This document shows, one piece after another, positions 1-12,030 of a stretch of DNA of 47,043 nucleotides. The stretch spans positions 1 to 47,043 of the forward strand of contig CAJFCJ010000108.1 in assembly GCA_904063045.1 (NCBI GenBank), in the 5' to 3' direction. How positions within the stretch are numbered: position 1 is the first letter of the stretch; every line of letters begins with the position of its first letter. The translations under genes were made by a program, and so were the position numbers. Origin of the DNA: Dimorphilus gyrociliatus. Its lineage: Eukaryota > Animalia > Annelida. The notes below the pieces were generated by a model. It made no database searches. It was not told the DNA's origin and saw nothing but the letters and a program-made list of their open reading frames with translations.

Positions 1-164
1 ATTTCTATTCAAAGACTTTCAGAATTTCACATCAATATAGTTTGAATAGTCTGGTTGAAACCCATCGTTAAAAAATTTTGTGTCTTATTTCGAACAATAA
101 ATCTATCAAGAGGTAAATGTCATAAAATAGAATTGAAGGAAAAACTGTCAAGATGAATATGATA
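1..164. repeat. Left arm of an exact long inverted repeat (partner 8196-8359); runs off the window edge
   Basis: Bases 1-164 read base-for-base as the reverse complement of 8196-8359; the match stops at 164/8196. Confidence 0.95.
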
Positions 165-633
165 GAAAACGGCCAAATGTAGGTTGAAAATGGTCAAAAA
201 CAGCAAAAGACCTATTTTTATATGTAAAATATTTATAAGGCTTGTCAATAATTATTGTTTTATTAAACATTTTATATATTATTAATAGTAATTGTACTAT
301 TTTGCAATACTTGAAATTTGCAGACAAAAGGCTGTCTATTTTCACTGGACTCATTCAGTCTGTCTTACACTTTCTTCGGTCATATCTTTCAAGAATGACC
401 AAGTTAGAAGTAAGAAACTGGCAAGAAATGAAAACATGGGTCTTTGGCGTTTTCTATTAATCAAGGCGTATTGTATTGATCTTTCAATAGAAAGAGTAGT
501 GGAGATTGTAGAATGTAGAAAGAGATTTCAATGGACAACAATGAATTCAAAATTTCATTCAACTGTGTCCCCATAAAAGGCTATGGGAGAAGACATTTGC
601 GCAGTCTAAATGAAAAAGAAACAAACGAAGACC

Positions 634-1775
634 ATGAAAATTCTCAGCTTTTTTTCCATTCTGATTTTTTCTAAAAGTAAGTAGAATAGATGTAGTTTTT
701 TCTATTTTCTATGAAATTATAACTTCATAATAAGTTGATTTGTGTCTAATGTTTTATTTTTCACAGATATCCAAGAAATAACAGCTCCGATTCCTTCAGT
801 TGAACTTATTGGGCAGCCACCATTTGAAGAGTTTCAAATGTCCAAGCTGATGTGTCATGCAGGTAGGAAAATTTATTTGTGACTTTTCTATTATTTACTG
901 GCTTTTTCTTCAGTCTTTCAGATGAACATCCTGATTATTCATTCATGGGAGTAACCTCATTCACAGCTAGGGCTAGTCAAATATCAACAGCAACTATGTC
1001 TTTAAAAACTGATAGTGAAACAGAGGGTACTGAAACTGTTGATGTAACTTTGCCCTGCGTTATGAGTGGATTTAATTCAGAATTTACTGTTAGTGTAGAT
1101 ATTATAGATCCACCTGGCGGGAATGGTGATCCTCACTTTAGGTTTCTGGTTGCAGATGAGAGGGATGGAAAAAGCGCCAAAAATATATGCTTTGATGTAA
1201 CTTCCACAAAAGGCAATATAATAGAAATTTTCTCTGACAAATCTGAAAATATTACCATATATGGCGTGTTAAAAGATGATTACTACATGCATGAAATACT
1301 TGTAAATATAGAAGGGAGACATTTTCAAGTAAACTTAAAAAATGTAATTTGGCAAAATTCTAAAATTTTTGAATGGAAAGATCAATCAGTTACAATTAAA
1401 AAAGAAGAGAGAACTATCAACTTTAGAGTGGAAAGAAATTTATTACACCTTAAAATTTCCAGATATCACAATATTTATAGAGAACACAGTTTTCTTGTAA
1501 GAATTTCTCAAAATTCAATGTTTGGGTCTTATCTAGATGTTTATATTAATAATATTAATTCATATAAATCAGCTGGTGGACTCTTGGGTTATAGCCAAAG
1601 CCAAAAATTTGAATTTTATGAACCACCTCAAAACTTAAAAAAGTCTATACTTAAAGTAAATAACAACTTTGTTCCAAGTAGAACTGTCATCAGATCTAAT
1701 TTGGAATGTTGGTTAGTAAATGTCCAGGACATTCTTTACCCAAAGGTTTTGGATGATTTCATTTCAAAAAAATAG
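634..1775 (+). CDS. Secreted protein with a short Ig/Calx-beta-like segment and an inter-alpha-trypsin inhibitor heavy chain C-terminal (ITI_HC_C-like) domain; 3 exons
   Basis: Exons 634-676, 767-862 and 922-1775 join in frame through GT-AG phase-1 introns of 90 and 59 bp. Hydrophobic N-terminus MKILSFFSILIFSK (an in-frame upstream ATG lies at 610). Motifs GDPHF..ICFD..KGNIIEIFSD...IYG and GGLLG match the ITIH C-terminal family; DSETEGTETV resembles Calx-beta. Confidence 0.75.
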
Positions 1776-2171
1776 TTTAAAAGAAACAGGAAACTGGTTC
1801 TTCTTATTTTATCACTGTATTTCTGACACCAATTATTGATACAAAGCCTTAAAGTAGCCATAAGTAAGCTTGAATCACCAGGAAACTTTGGGATGTGTTG
1901 AAAACACCAACTGTGCCAGTTGAAAACGTCCATTGGATTTTTGGCGATTCCAATTGCTCCACACTACTTGAATAGACATCTAAACCTATTAAATTAAATC
2001 TGATAACTTTGAAGTTTTTAAAAAATATGAAATGAATATCTTTTGAAAAATAAATCATAACAAAAATAAAATTGAAGAATATTTTACATAAGCCTATACT
2101 TAGGGAAAAACCACCAATAATGACACTATACATAAGAAAATGACTTGTCGTAACTACTCTTATATTAAAAA

Positions 2172-2558
2172 ATGGCCTATAAGTTGGCACAACTCATTAA
2201 AGACACTGTACTTAGTAACTTCGCAAAAGACAGTACATGCATTGTAAAGAAATTATACAAAATTGTCAAGGAGAAGGTTGCAGAGGGGAGAATCTACAGA
2301 GATATCTCTGAAATTCTGAAACTGAAGAAATCAACAGTCCAAAACCAACTAACCTTATAAGAAGGTTGGCAATTGTGGAGACTGAAAAACATTTAGTTCT
2401 GGGCTTCTAGAAGGCCAGTCTTTCAAAACTTTTATCTTACTTCTCCTCATAAACCTCCTACTAGAAGCTAATGTATGGCATTTAGCACCATCCTGCATAA
2501 GCAGATTATCCTCATTGTAAATTGGAAAAAGCTTATTTTTAATAAGCAAAAGGCTCAT
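2172..2558. mobile_element. Rearranged Tc1/mariner transposase remnant: HTH fragment on +, DDE fragment on -
   Basis: The - strand LMQDGAKCH...WPSRSPELN matches the Tc1 QDxAxxH and WPxxSPDLN motifs; the + strand GRIYRDISEILKLKKSTV resembles the Tc1 N-terminal HTH. Confidence 0.8.
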
Positions 2559-3483
2559 TTTATATGCTCATAGATATTTTAAAACAGGAATCAAGTCTTA
2601 TTCCAGTTGTAGAGAGACTTTTATCAGAAACAGGAGAAAACATCCCAGAAACTTTAAGTTAACTGGTTAGTATTTGAGGTATTCATAAATAGATACATAA
2701 ATTCTATTTATAAAAATTTCAAATTTTTAACAATAGAACTCATGTGGATGTTTTATTGTATCTTTAAAGGTTCAAGTAGAACCAGTACTGTTGTAACTTC
2801 CGAACTTATAAGTTGGCCAAGCAAGGGCAGTACAGTATCAAAGATAACACTGATGGACATAAGCAGTATTCACCTAAACTTCAATATTACAGTTTATTAA
2901 TCAATAAACTTGTTACATCTTATGCAACTCTCCAACCTTACAAATGCAACTACTATCTAGATGAAGAAAAGAATAAAAACATGACCTTATTTACAATGGA
3001 ATAATTAGTTTCTCTTTCTAGTAGAATTACATAATTGAGAGAAAAGTGGTAAAAAAATTGTATAATTTGTTTTCTTTAGAAAAAATTACAAGTTGTGCAA
3101 TGTATTTCTAAGTTAAAATTTATATTTAGACAGCACAACCAATAGAGTTACAACTCATTTTCACTTCTTTCTTATCTTACAAATTATCTACAAGTAATCT
3201 TTTTTAGGATATTATATCTTAAATTCACAAAATGTGCACTTAGAAATAATAATGTACTGATATTTAGACTCTAGATACAATAGAACTTTAGAAAGGCTTA
3301 TTTCACAGGAATTAAAGAATTAAAGCAGAAATTCCTACAATTGCAATACAACAAAGTACACAGAATCCATGACTAATAATAAACATTAATAAATATTTAG
3401 GAAAGAGATAGAAACATCTGAAACTTTTAGGATGCCCATAATACTTTGAAAATGACCTTTTCAATATTTTCTCCTCACACAAC

Positions 3484-5536
3484 TCAAATAAAAGACAATT
3501 TGCAAAAGTAGAAATCTTTGCTTTCCAGATAAATATCTAAAAGTATATGAATTTTAACAACATCAGTTAAACTGTTATTTAGATTTTTACACTGGAAATA
3601 GAAATACAGATATGAATTGTTTTGATTAAAATTCTCAAGGTTACATAAATTTATCACTTCCTCTCCATTTTCTTTTATTCTATAGCTGATAAAAATATTG
3701 GCATTTTTATCATTAAATTCTCCATCTTTCTTAAAACTTAGTACCAGTTTTGAATCATTTTTGAAGCCTTCCGTTCCATTGAATATTTTATAGTCGAATG
3801 ATGCTGCTGGATAATTTATTCTTTTGCAGTTATCCACCATATTCTCAGGATTTTCATTGTAATCATCATTTTGAAAATTAATATTTTGGCCTATAAAAAA
3901 GATAGAGATAATTGGTTTGTGGTTGAATTCGATAACAAAATGTAAGAAATCCTTTGAAGATACCTATATCAGTCATTTGCACTTGATTAATTATATCAGT
4001 AACACCATTTTTGAATAAGATCTCATGAATATTCATTGATACTTTTCCCTCCATTCTAACCAGTTTATTCAAATCATACGTTTTCCCTAAACCAAATGTT
4101 ATGTCACATGGTGCTATTTTCAACCAAAAATCAGTCCACACCTGACAACTTATCAACGAGTTTGAATGACTAAATTCGGCCATTTTGAATTCTGGTTCAA
4201 AAATTTCAATAGAAGATTTTTCCACGTTATTTGAAATTGTATCCAATTTTATTGAAAGTTGTTTTGTTTTTTCATTTTTCATACTTATAATTAATGATGA
4301 ACAGTCTGAAGATTGTCCAGTATTTCGACCTTGAACTCTGAACTTGAATATATTAAACTCTGGTTGAGAATGTATAGGCAGATGATAGACAACATCATTC
4401 ACGAATTGAATATCATAAATATTATAAATCTCTAAGAGAAAGGAAGAGAAGAAAAAAGAATAAATTTTAAAATGTTTTTTTTTTAAAAAGTAATTTACGT
4501 TTTGCAAAAACTTTAAAAGATGTAAATCCAATACTATTAGCTGCATGAAATTCTTTAAAAATCACTTTAACTGAATATTCAATTGTTGGTTCATGTTCAT
4601 AATTGAAGCAGTTACTGCGGTATCCAGCTGGTAGATTTTCAAGGGTATCAACAAAACCGGAAGTTGTCCATTCAATTCTTAATTTCTTAACATAATTGTA
4701 AGTGTCTAGTCTAGTATATAAAATAAAAATATAAAGTACAGTAGAAGGCATTAGATCACATCTTGTTTTTTTGAAAACCTGTTAATGTAGCAATAATGCA
4801 AAGGTTGGGCAGGTTTTGAAAAAGTAATGATAATATATTCATTCAAACAATTCGTCTGACCACCACAATTTGCAGTCCAACCAACATGCTGATTTCTTTG
4901 AAGTGCCATACTACATTTATGAGTCGTATGACTACTTGACTCTTGACAAGTTGCTCCCATTTCAAATGCAGCTATATTTACTAATTTTTCATCCTCCTCA
5001 TCATCAGTCGATTCTAATGTTAAGGAAGGAAAGAAAAGAGCCCCAATAACAAAATAACGACAAAAAAAATCATAAATCACTTTACCTTTGTCAAATGTAT
5101 AGGCAATAATAGAATTGTAACCAGAATTTTCCTTTTTTGAAAAAAAGGTTTTAGGTTTAAATTTTAAACTGGTACAATTAATTCCATTCCCTTCTTCAAG
5201 CAGAAGATAATTTTCAGGATTGTTTAATTTATAAATTGGTGTTTTTTGACCAATTGTAATTTCAACAGATGAAATGTAATATAAATCAGGTAAATTCCTC
5301 TGAGCAATACCAATTTCAATAATATTGTATTCTTTGGAAAATTTAACAAGAAACCAACTATCATAACATCTATTGCCAATACATCGAGGGGACCAGTCTA
5401 ATATATTAACTGACTTTGGTTGTAAAGCATTTTCGCAGTTATATGTAAATGCTCCATTTGGAAATGTACTACTCACTTCACAAGTTGCCCCATTCACTGT
5501 TGAAGCTACATTTTTCAACCTTGTGCCTAAGTACAA
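3484..5536 (-). CDS. Multi-exon extracellular protein with two galactose-binding-like (discoidin/F5-8C-like) repeats and a farnesoic-acid-O-methyltransferase-like (Methyltransf_FA) module; ends not resolved
   Basis: Repeated motif NVA...GATCxxSS...C..AL....W (NVASTVNGATCEVSS, NIAAFEMGATCQESSS). ISCQVWTDFWLKI...FGLG resembles Methyltransf_FA. GT-AG introns include 5085-5014 and about 3962-3891. Confidence 0.6.
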
Positions 5537-6527
5537 TGTATTCTTTTAAAGGCTTATATCTTGAAAAACAGTACCGAAAGAAATGTTTCACACCACTGAC
5601 TCTCAAGGATGGTTGAAGGGTAAATATAATATGAAGAATTTCTTTCAGCACTGTACAGATATATTATGAGAGAAGGAGGGAGAGAGAAAGAGAGAGAATG
5701 ATACTAACTAGTTTCTACTGCAGATGTTTGTCCATAATCTGCAGTTTGTAGTAGGATAAGAACAAAAGTTGAAAATTTATAGTAAAGCATTACCTCCTAT
5801 ATCTTTCAACTCTCTGTTTTTTATCATAAACATTTGTTTTAGAATATTGAAAATTTCACAAAAAATGTTTTATTCATTTTTTTCATGTTTTTTGAATTGA
5901 CTATCCAAAATTCAACAATATGATAGTAAGAGTGTCATATAGACATTGTCATTATAATCAATATACCTTATGCATTCTGTAAGTAGAAAATGCATTTTTG
6001 ATTTGGCTTTGTGAACTTGGATTTGCTTATTGAATTTTAGTATTAAGATTGTTCATTAGACTTTTGTTTACTGTAACCAATTGATAGAAATCGATAAATA
6101 TTGATTGGTTATAACATACTACTACATTCTATTTTTCCTAGAATTCTATTTAATAGGCCTCCGGCTGGTCATGTTTTACTTTTCCAACAAAATACCGATA
6201 CATTTAATGGGAATATGAGGCTCTGAAATGTTTTAGAATGAGAGAAACCAATTCTCCCTAGACAACCTACTCTCTATATGTGCAAACTTCACCTAATTCT
6301 TCTTATTCAACAATCAAATCTGACCCATTCAAACCAGGCATTGACGTAAAAGGCATAAAATTTATAAAAATTTTAGTTTCTGCAGTTTTTCCTTATAGAT
6401 TATTACTGATGGTCCATTGTATCTTAAAGAAGGTGGAGGTAGTAAATACATTGAACTAAAAGCAAATGCACCACAAAGCAAGTGTTATTTATATAAATAC
6501 AATAATAAAAATTAACCCTTAAGTGTT

Positions 6528-6665
6528 TACTTACACAAATCTGTTGTTGTTTACATCACTATTACATAACACAATAATTTTTGACCCTGTTTGTTGTGAC
6601 AATAATCCTTAACTGGGGACTGGATGCTTGTTGTTAACACAACTAACTGATAAAGAATTGTATAT
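6528..6665 (-). repeat. Exon-like segment paralogous to 12615-12760 (+); parent gene unknown
   Basis: Shared CACAACAAACAGGGTCAA and AATAGTGATGTAAACAACAAC, and the same donor position (TTTGT|GTAAGT versus TTTGT|GTAGGT). Confidence 0.7.
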
Positions 6666-7612
6666 ATTCAGGATTGAGTCAATCCTCTAAAGCCTACTGT
6701 TGCTTGAAATACAGCTTTATTACTCTTATAAATGTGGTACTACTGTATATTCAACTGTCTTCAATTCTATACCCCCTTTATTTGGTTTAGACATAATTCA
6801 GTTCTATTTAGACCAACACACAAAGCTATATATGCCAAGAAGAAAATTGCACTGTGAAAGTTGAAGCGTTTAATTATGAAATTAATTCTAATCTTGTCTG
6901 TTCAGATAAAATTCACCTGATGTATTTATTGAATGGAAAAATACCAAAAATCAAACTGCCCATTGTGGTATCACTATTCATGATGAATTATATGATGTGG
7001 TACAATTTTCTATAACTACTTTTGCATTATTTAATGTAACTAAATTCTGGTCTTAAAATTGTGCTACAGCATAAATTTTCAAATAAAAGACTTTCTTATG
7101 AAAGGCAAGCTTTTCAAAAATTCCAAATAGAAATTTAAAACTTTTCAAACACCAACAGATTTCGCCATTTATAAAATAGTTTATATTTTAAGAGTGTTTT
7201 TGTTAATTTTTTTCATAAAAGCGTGGGAATATTTTGATAGAACAGTGTTCTGAGTGGAGACATATTTTTTTGCCTAGGCCTTCTACATTTTTAATACAAA
7301 CACAAAAATTTAGATATAGTATGCTTCCTAGAGGTTGGTAGTTAGCTATGAAAAGCTCTTCATCAAAATGTCTTACTTGTTGTCACTTGATTTAATTGTT
7401 GTATAGTTCAGACTTGGCTAAGCAGCTCTGAAGTTGAACCAAGCCAGGAAATAGAGAAAGTCAATACACATATGCTGAAAATGGCCTATATAACTATATT
7501 ACTTGATGCAACTTATACATGTACCTCTTAAAACCTACGCAAGAAAATGCTACAACATTGGCCAAACACAGGTCTGATTAGTCAGCTTGAAGGCTCATCT
7601 TTAATTACCAAT

Positions 7613-7684
7613 TAAGGTTTGGCCAAGTTATAATTCAATTAAATTGCCTAAGGTGTGGCCAAGTTATAATTCAATTAACCTTCC
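7613..7684. repeat. Tandem duplication, 2 x 36 bp
   Basis: TAAGGT(T/G)TGGCCAAGTTATAATTCAATTAA... units start at 7613 and 7649; 32/36 identical. Confidence 0.9.
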
Positions 7685-7698
7685 TAAATGTTCAACCT

Positions 7699-8030
7699 TG
7701 TAACATCCTGTTACTAAAGATAAATATGAACTTTTTGTTTACAGTTTGGCAACTGTACAGTGATGATTGGATATCAGACGCAAACCTCAAGTATATAAAT
7801 CCTCACCATTTTCATTCTAAGCATTCCTATCTGGATCCAAGGACCTGGGAACAACATCAACTGGAGCCAGCCTTCCACTCCTCAACATTGGAAGACAGTT
7901 TGGTAATTTGACAACCTGCTATTATGAACTATCTACTCTGCTATTCAACTCTCATATTACTACTTGCTTAAGTATTGTTATTTTGAATAAACCATTTTAA
8001 TTTAAACTTTTGTTTAAAGGTTTATATGCA
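7699..8030 (+). mobile_element. Possible solo-LTR-like dispersed repeat
   Basis: Starts TGTAAC, contains GTATATAAAT and AATAAA, and ends near ...TGCA. Its 48-bp core (7898-7945) recurs inverted at 21634-21681 with 3 mismatches. No clean TSD was found. Confidence 0.4.
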
Positions 8031-8195
8031 ACCAAATATTTTCTACAGTCAAATGAACATTTGTCACCAATTCTTCTATTATTAAGCTCTTTGAATTTTT
8101 AACGAAAGATTTTATTCATTTCTCATTAGCACATGAAATATTAATATGTTATCTTTGATTTAAAGATAACAAGTCTGCCACTAATAATATGATTA

Positions 8196-8359
8196 TATCA
8201 TATTCATCTTGACAGTTTTTCCTTCAATTCTATTTTATGACATTTACCTCTTGATAGATTTATTGTTCGAAATAAGACACAAAATTTTTTAACGATGGGT
8301 TTCAACCAGACTATTCAAACTATATTGATGTGAAATTCTGAAAGTCTTTGAATAGAAAT
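8196..8359. repeat. Right arm of the exact inverted repeat (partner 1-164)
   Basis: TATCATATTCATCTTGACAG...GAATAGAAAT is the reverse complement of 1-164. Confidence 0.95.
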
Positions 8360-9289
8360 TCAAGCAACTGATCAGAAAATGATAATATAAGATTTGTGTT
8401 CCTCTAACCATGAGAAAATCTTGTAATAGCAGTTGTAACATAAAAGTAGAACTTTTAGCAAAGTAGTTTAACAATTGTCGAAGCCAATTTAATGTTTTTC
8501 ATAAAAATGATCAAAGTAATAAAAAGATATTGACCACAAATTTTAGCATTTGGAACGATGCCAAATTTTTTTGAAGTAACCAACCTTATCCAATTGTGAG
8601 CATAAGTCATCTTGTTGGGAATATAATTATCATACGGAACTTTTTAAATTAGTCTATTGATGATTGGATTAGTTCTAGTTAGGGATCAACAGAAAATAAA
8701 TATTTTATGAAAAAATATTATATTTTCCACCTGTTTTTCCTAAAAGTTTGAATATTTCGGACTATTTTTAAATTCATACCAATAGGTTAAAGAAGCCAAA
8801 AGGAGATTTTTGCCACAATGCTAATATATTATTTTGGATTGTAGAACCAGTATTGTTATAACTTGCAAACGCATAAATTTTGCCAGCAAGAGCAGTAAAG
8901 GATATAAGAAAAAATTAATTAGCTGAAGCAAGGCTTATAATTTGTCATTATAAAGTCCATGAATGCGATTCTTTTGATTTTCCTCTTTTCATATGAAAAA
9001 TTAAGGTTCTTTGTATGATTGATAATAAATTTTGTATTATGTAATCAATACAGGAGTCATTAGCTACTTTTACTCCAGAAAGGTAAGACGAAAGCTAATG
9101 AAGACTAAGTGATGATTAAAACTTTAAATAATAAAAGACACGGCATTATATTTATGTAACAACTTTTTACTTGTTGACATAGCGTCTATAAAGTAGGCGG
9201 ATGACATCATAAGGATTTTTTTATAAGAGAGAGAGTATGAATAAATCAATAGCAGTTCACTAGGTTATTTTCTATTTGAAATTGGTGTT

Positions 9290-9440
9290 ATTCAATTTTT
9301 TCTTTGGGTTTTAACAATTATTGGCCTAATTTCAAATTGTTTTGTGTTATTTGTACTGGAAACCAGAACGTTCAGTGCAGAACGATAATTTTCATTCCAG
9401 TTTTGGCTACAATAGATTTATTATTGGCATTATGGGTAAT
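9290..9440 (+). pseudogene. Rhodopsin-class GPCR TM1-TM2 relic
   Basis: LWVLTIIGLISNCFVLFVL (TM1 GxxxN) followed, in a different frame, by IFIPVLATIDLLLAL (TM2 LAxxD); a frameshift and stop lie between them. Confidence 0.45.
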
Positions 9441-11021
9441 TATAGCATTTTATTAGGTTGAAAATGTAAATATAAAACGGCCATTCTTTTGCATTATGTT
9501 TTATCTAAATAGAATAATAATTTATAATCAATGACAAAACTTTATCTTCTTCATCTTCTTTTATTGATTCATTTTTGGTAAATATCCTTTTCATTATGAA
9601 TAGTATCTAAAAATTAAAAAATCCCTCTTTTCTATATTGTTGTCATCTCTTGCTTTTTCTTTCTTGTCTTAAAGCCTATACATCCTGTATGGTATGAATA
9701 ATTGTGGAAAAAATGTAGGATGAAGCTAAACACAAAATTAATAAGAATGACACAGAATTTTTATGTCCAAGCAACAATTGCTACAGGAAACATTTTGTCC
9801 AGGGGATGTGTTGTCCAGACACTGATTTTAGACCATCTATATAGTAAAGAGAATATGATAAAGATATTTATTCTCTTCAGATATTCTAGGTTATACATAC
9901 GATATTTCATGCAATTTTATGAATCAAAATTTTGTTCAATTGTTGCTCATATAACCTGCAAAGAATTATTATTGAGCCAATATCTTTTACTCTATCTAAA
10001 GATGAAAAATATGGTATATTACTTGTGAAGGAAGAAAAGGAAGTGCTAGTAATATTCTTATCATACTTTTAGAGGCTTTGCTAGTTATATTTTCACTTGC
10101 ATATTCCAAATTCTAAAAACATGAAATTATTTTGTAATTTAAATATGTATTATAATATATTATTTGGGTTTTTCTGAAATTTGTTTGTGCCCAATGAAAG
10201 CACATGCTTGAATGGGTACATTTGGAAAAACAAATAATAAAGCAGTCCATAGCCTCAACTCAGACTTAGAAAAAGACTTTTTTGGTTTGGAATAATTTGT
10301 AATTATTTGAATATCCTGAAGAATACGATGGAATTTAGAGGTTAGATGAAATATTTCATCTGGATCTGCTTGTTCTTCCTCATCTATTTCAAATGAATCT
10401 TCTATAAAATTGTTACAATCCGTAACATTAAAATAGTAGGGTCTGTTTGCACTTGTTGATTTTCAGTAACATTATTTTGGGAATTATATTATAAGATTCA
10501 CAGGACCAGGCCATTTTGGCCAATTTTGAGGCATTCATACCCAGGAATTTGTGCCTCTTGATGATAGTTTTAGTGCAAAATAATTCACAAATATGACAAT
10601 TATATATTTTTTAATTGTTCAAGAATTATGTTTATTTCTATAACAAAAAAAACAATTTAATATTCATTATGGGGACTGAAATGTCCTAAACTGGGCCAAA
10701 GCGTCACTGCTCCAATTCACGCAAGCCTTCAATCATTTCTACTTTAATTAAAGAAATAAATTAAATATCTCAAAATCAATTGAATAATAACCTATACACG
10801 TATGCTTGCAATATAACCATTTTAAAATTTCATTTTGGGGAATAGTTCACAAAAATTGCAAATGTGCTGAGTTGGATCTTTAAAAAACAGCAGATTATAA
10901 AATATATATGTATGAAAAGACATCTACTTTTGAGGCACTTTTGTAGAGAACTTTTTAGCATTTAACACATTGTATCCTTTTTACATGTTGGTCTGGATAT
11001 CAGTGGTTCTAGATCAAGAGT

Positions 11022-12030
11022 CTAAGAGTTTTGCTCACAAAGTTTTCTCATATGTTCCTCCATTATAGTATCAACTTTTTTGTTCATTAACCAATATTTG
11101 CCTGGTGGTTGATATATTACTGTTTCTGATTCTGGGAGATCAATAGGTGCTATTGCTGCTATGTATATGTTGAACTGTTTGATTCCATGTTCAGATATAT
11201 CATGAGATAATGGCTTATCAATTTTGTTTTTACAAGCCAGGTTATGGGTGCCCAATCTGCTCTTAATAGAGTCTTGTGTCATTCCAACATGTTAGAGTAC
11301 AAGTTGAACACTGGAGGATGTAAATGCAACCTTCAGTGCTACAAGACATTGTTTTTTGTAGTTTCAAGTGGTTCTTCTCAAAAATATCATAGATAATATT
11401 TTTAGAGTCCAATCTCCTACAGGTATTGCACCTAATGTTTTGGTAGTTTACTACCCTGTATGAGAGTTCCATTACTTCAAAAGTCCTGGTGTTCCATTTT
11501 CTAATGGTGTTTCTCATCATGGAGTAGGTGTATCCATTGTCCTTTTTAATCTTGATTAGTTCTTTGAATGGTTTAATAGCCATTGCTAGATATGTACAGT
11601 TTCTCACGTATCTGATCAGTTGGCTCATTGGGATGCCTTTGAAAGTATGTTTAGGATGATTTGATGTAGTGTTCAGTAGTGGTGTTGAGTCAGTGTCCTT
11701 AAAATGTGTTTTCCACAATAGGTAGTTGTTTGTGATTTTGAAGTCTAGATCTAAGAAGGTAACAGCTTTTGGACTATCTGATCATGTTAGTTGTATGTCA
11801 GCATTTCTGTTATTGGGTTCTTTTTGGAGTTTTCCTTTAGACCCATTTGGTTTTGTCACTACAATAATGTCATCAATATATCTAGATATTAAAGAGGAAC
11901 CCGGAAAAGATCCTTTAAACAGTGGATCAACTTGCATAATTAAAGTAACATATACCAAAATCCCAGCAGGTGGCATTCCTTTCAAATTATCTATACACTT
12001 TTTGAAATTATGTCCAAAAACCTCAATATT
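11022..12030 (-). mobile_element. Degenerate, 5'-truncated Penelope-like retroelement (RT + GIY-YIG endonuclease)
   Basis: RT ...SRYIDDIIVV; the Penelope thumb motif LLNTTSNHPKHTFKGIPMSQLIRYVRNCT; then SCSTEGCIYILQCSTC and T..SIKSRLGTH, which is GIY-YIG-like. Broken into three frames. Confidence 0.85.

Noticed and set aside
7613-7684. CRISPR-like 36-bp repeats
   Set aside because: Two adjacent units with no spacer, no cas genes, and a eukaryotic context.
10480-10560. PWWP-like WV*MPQNWPKWPGPV on the - strand
   Set aside because: A single short motif with an internal stop and no supporting domain.
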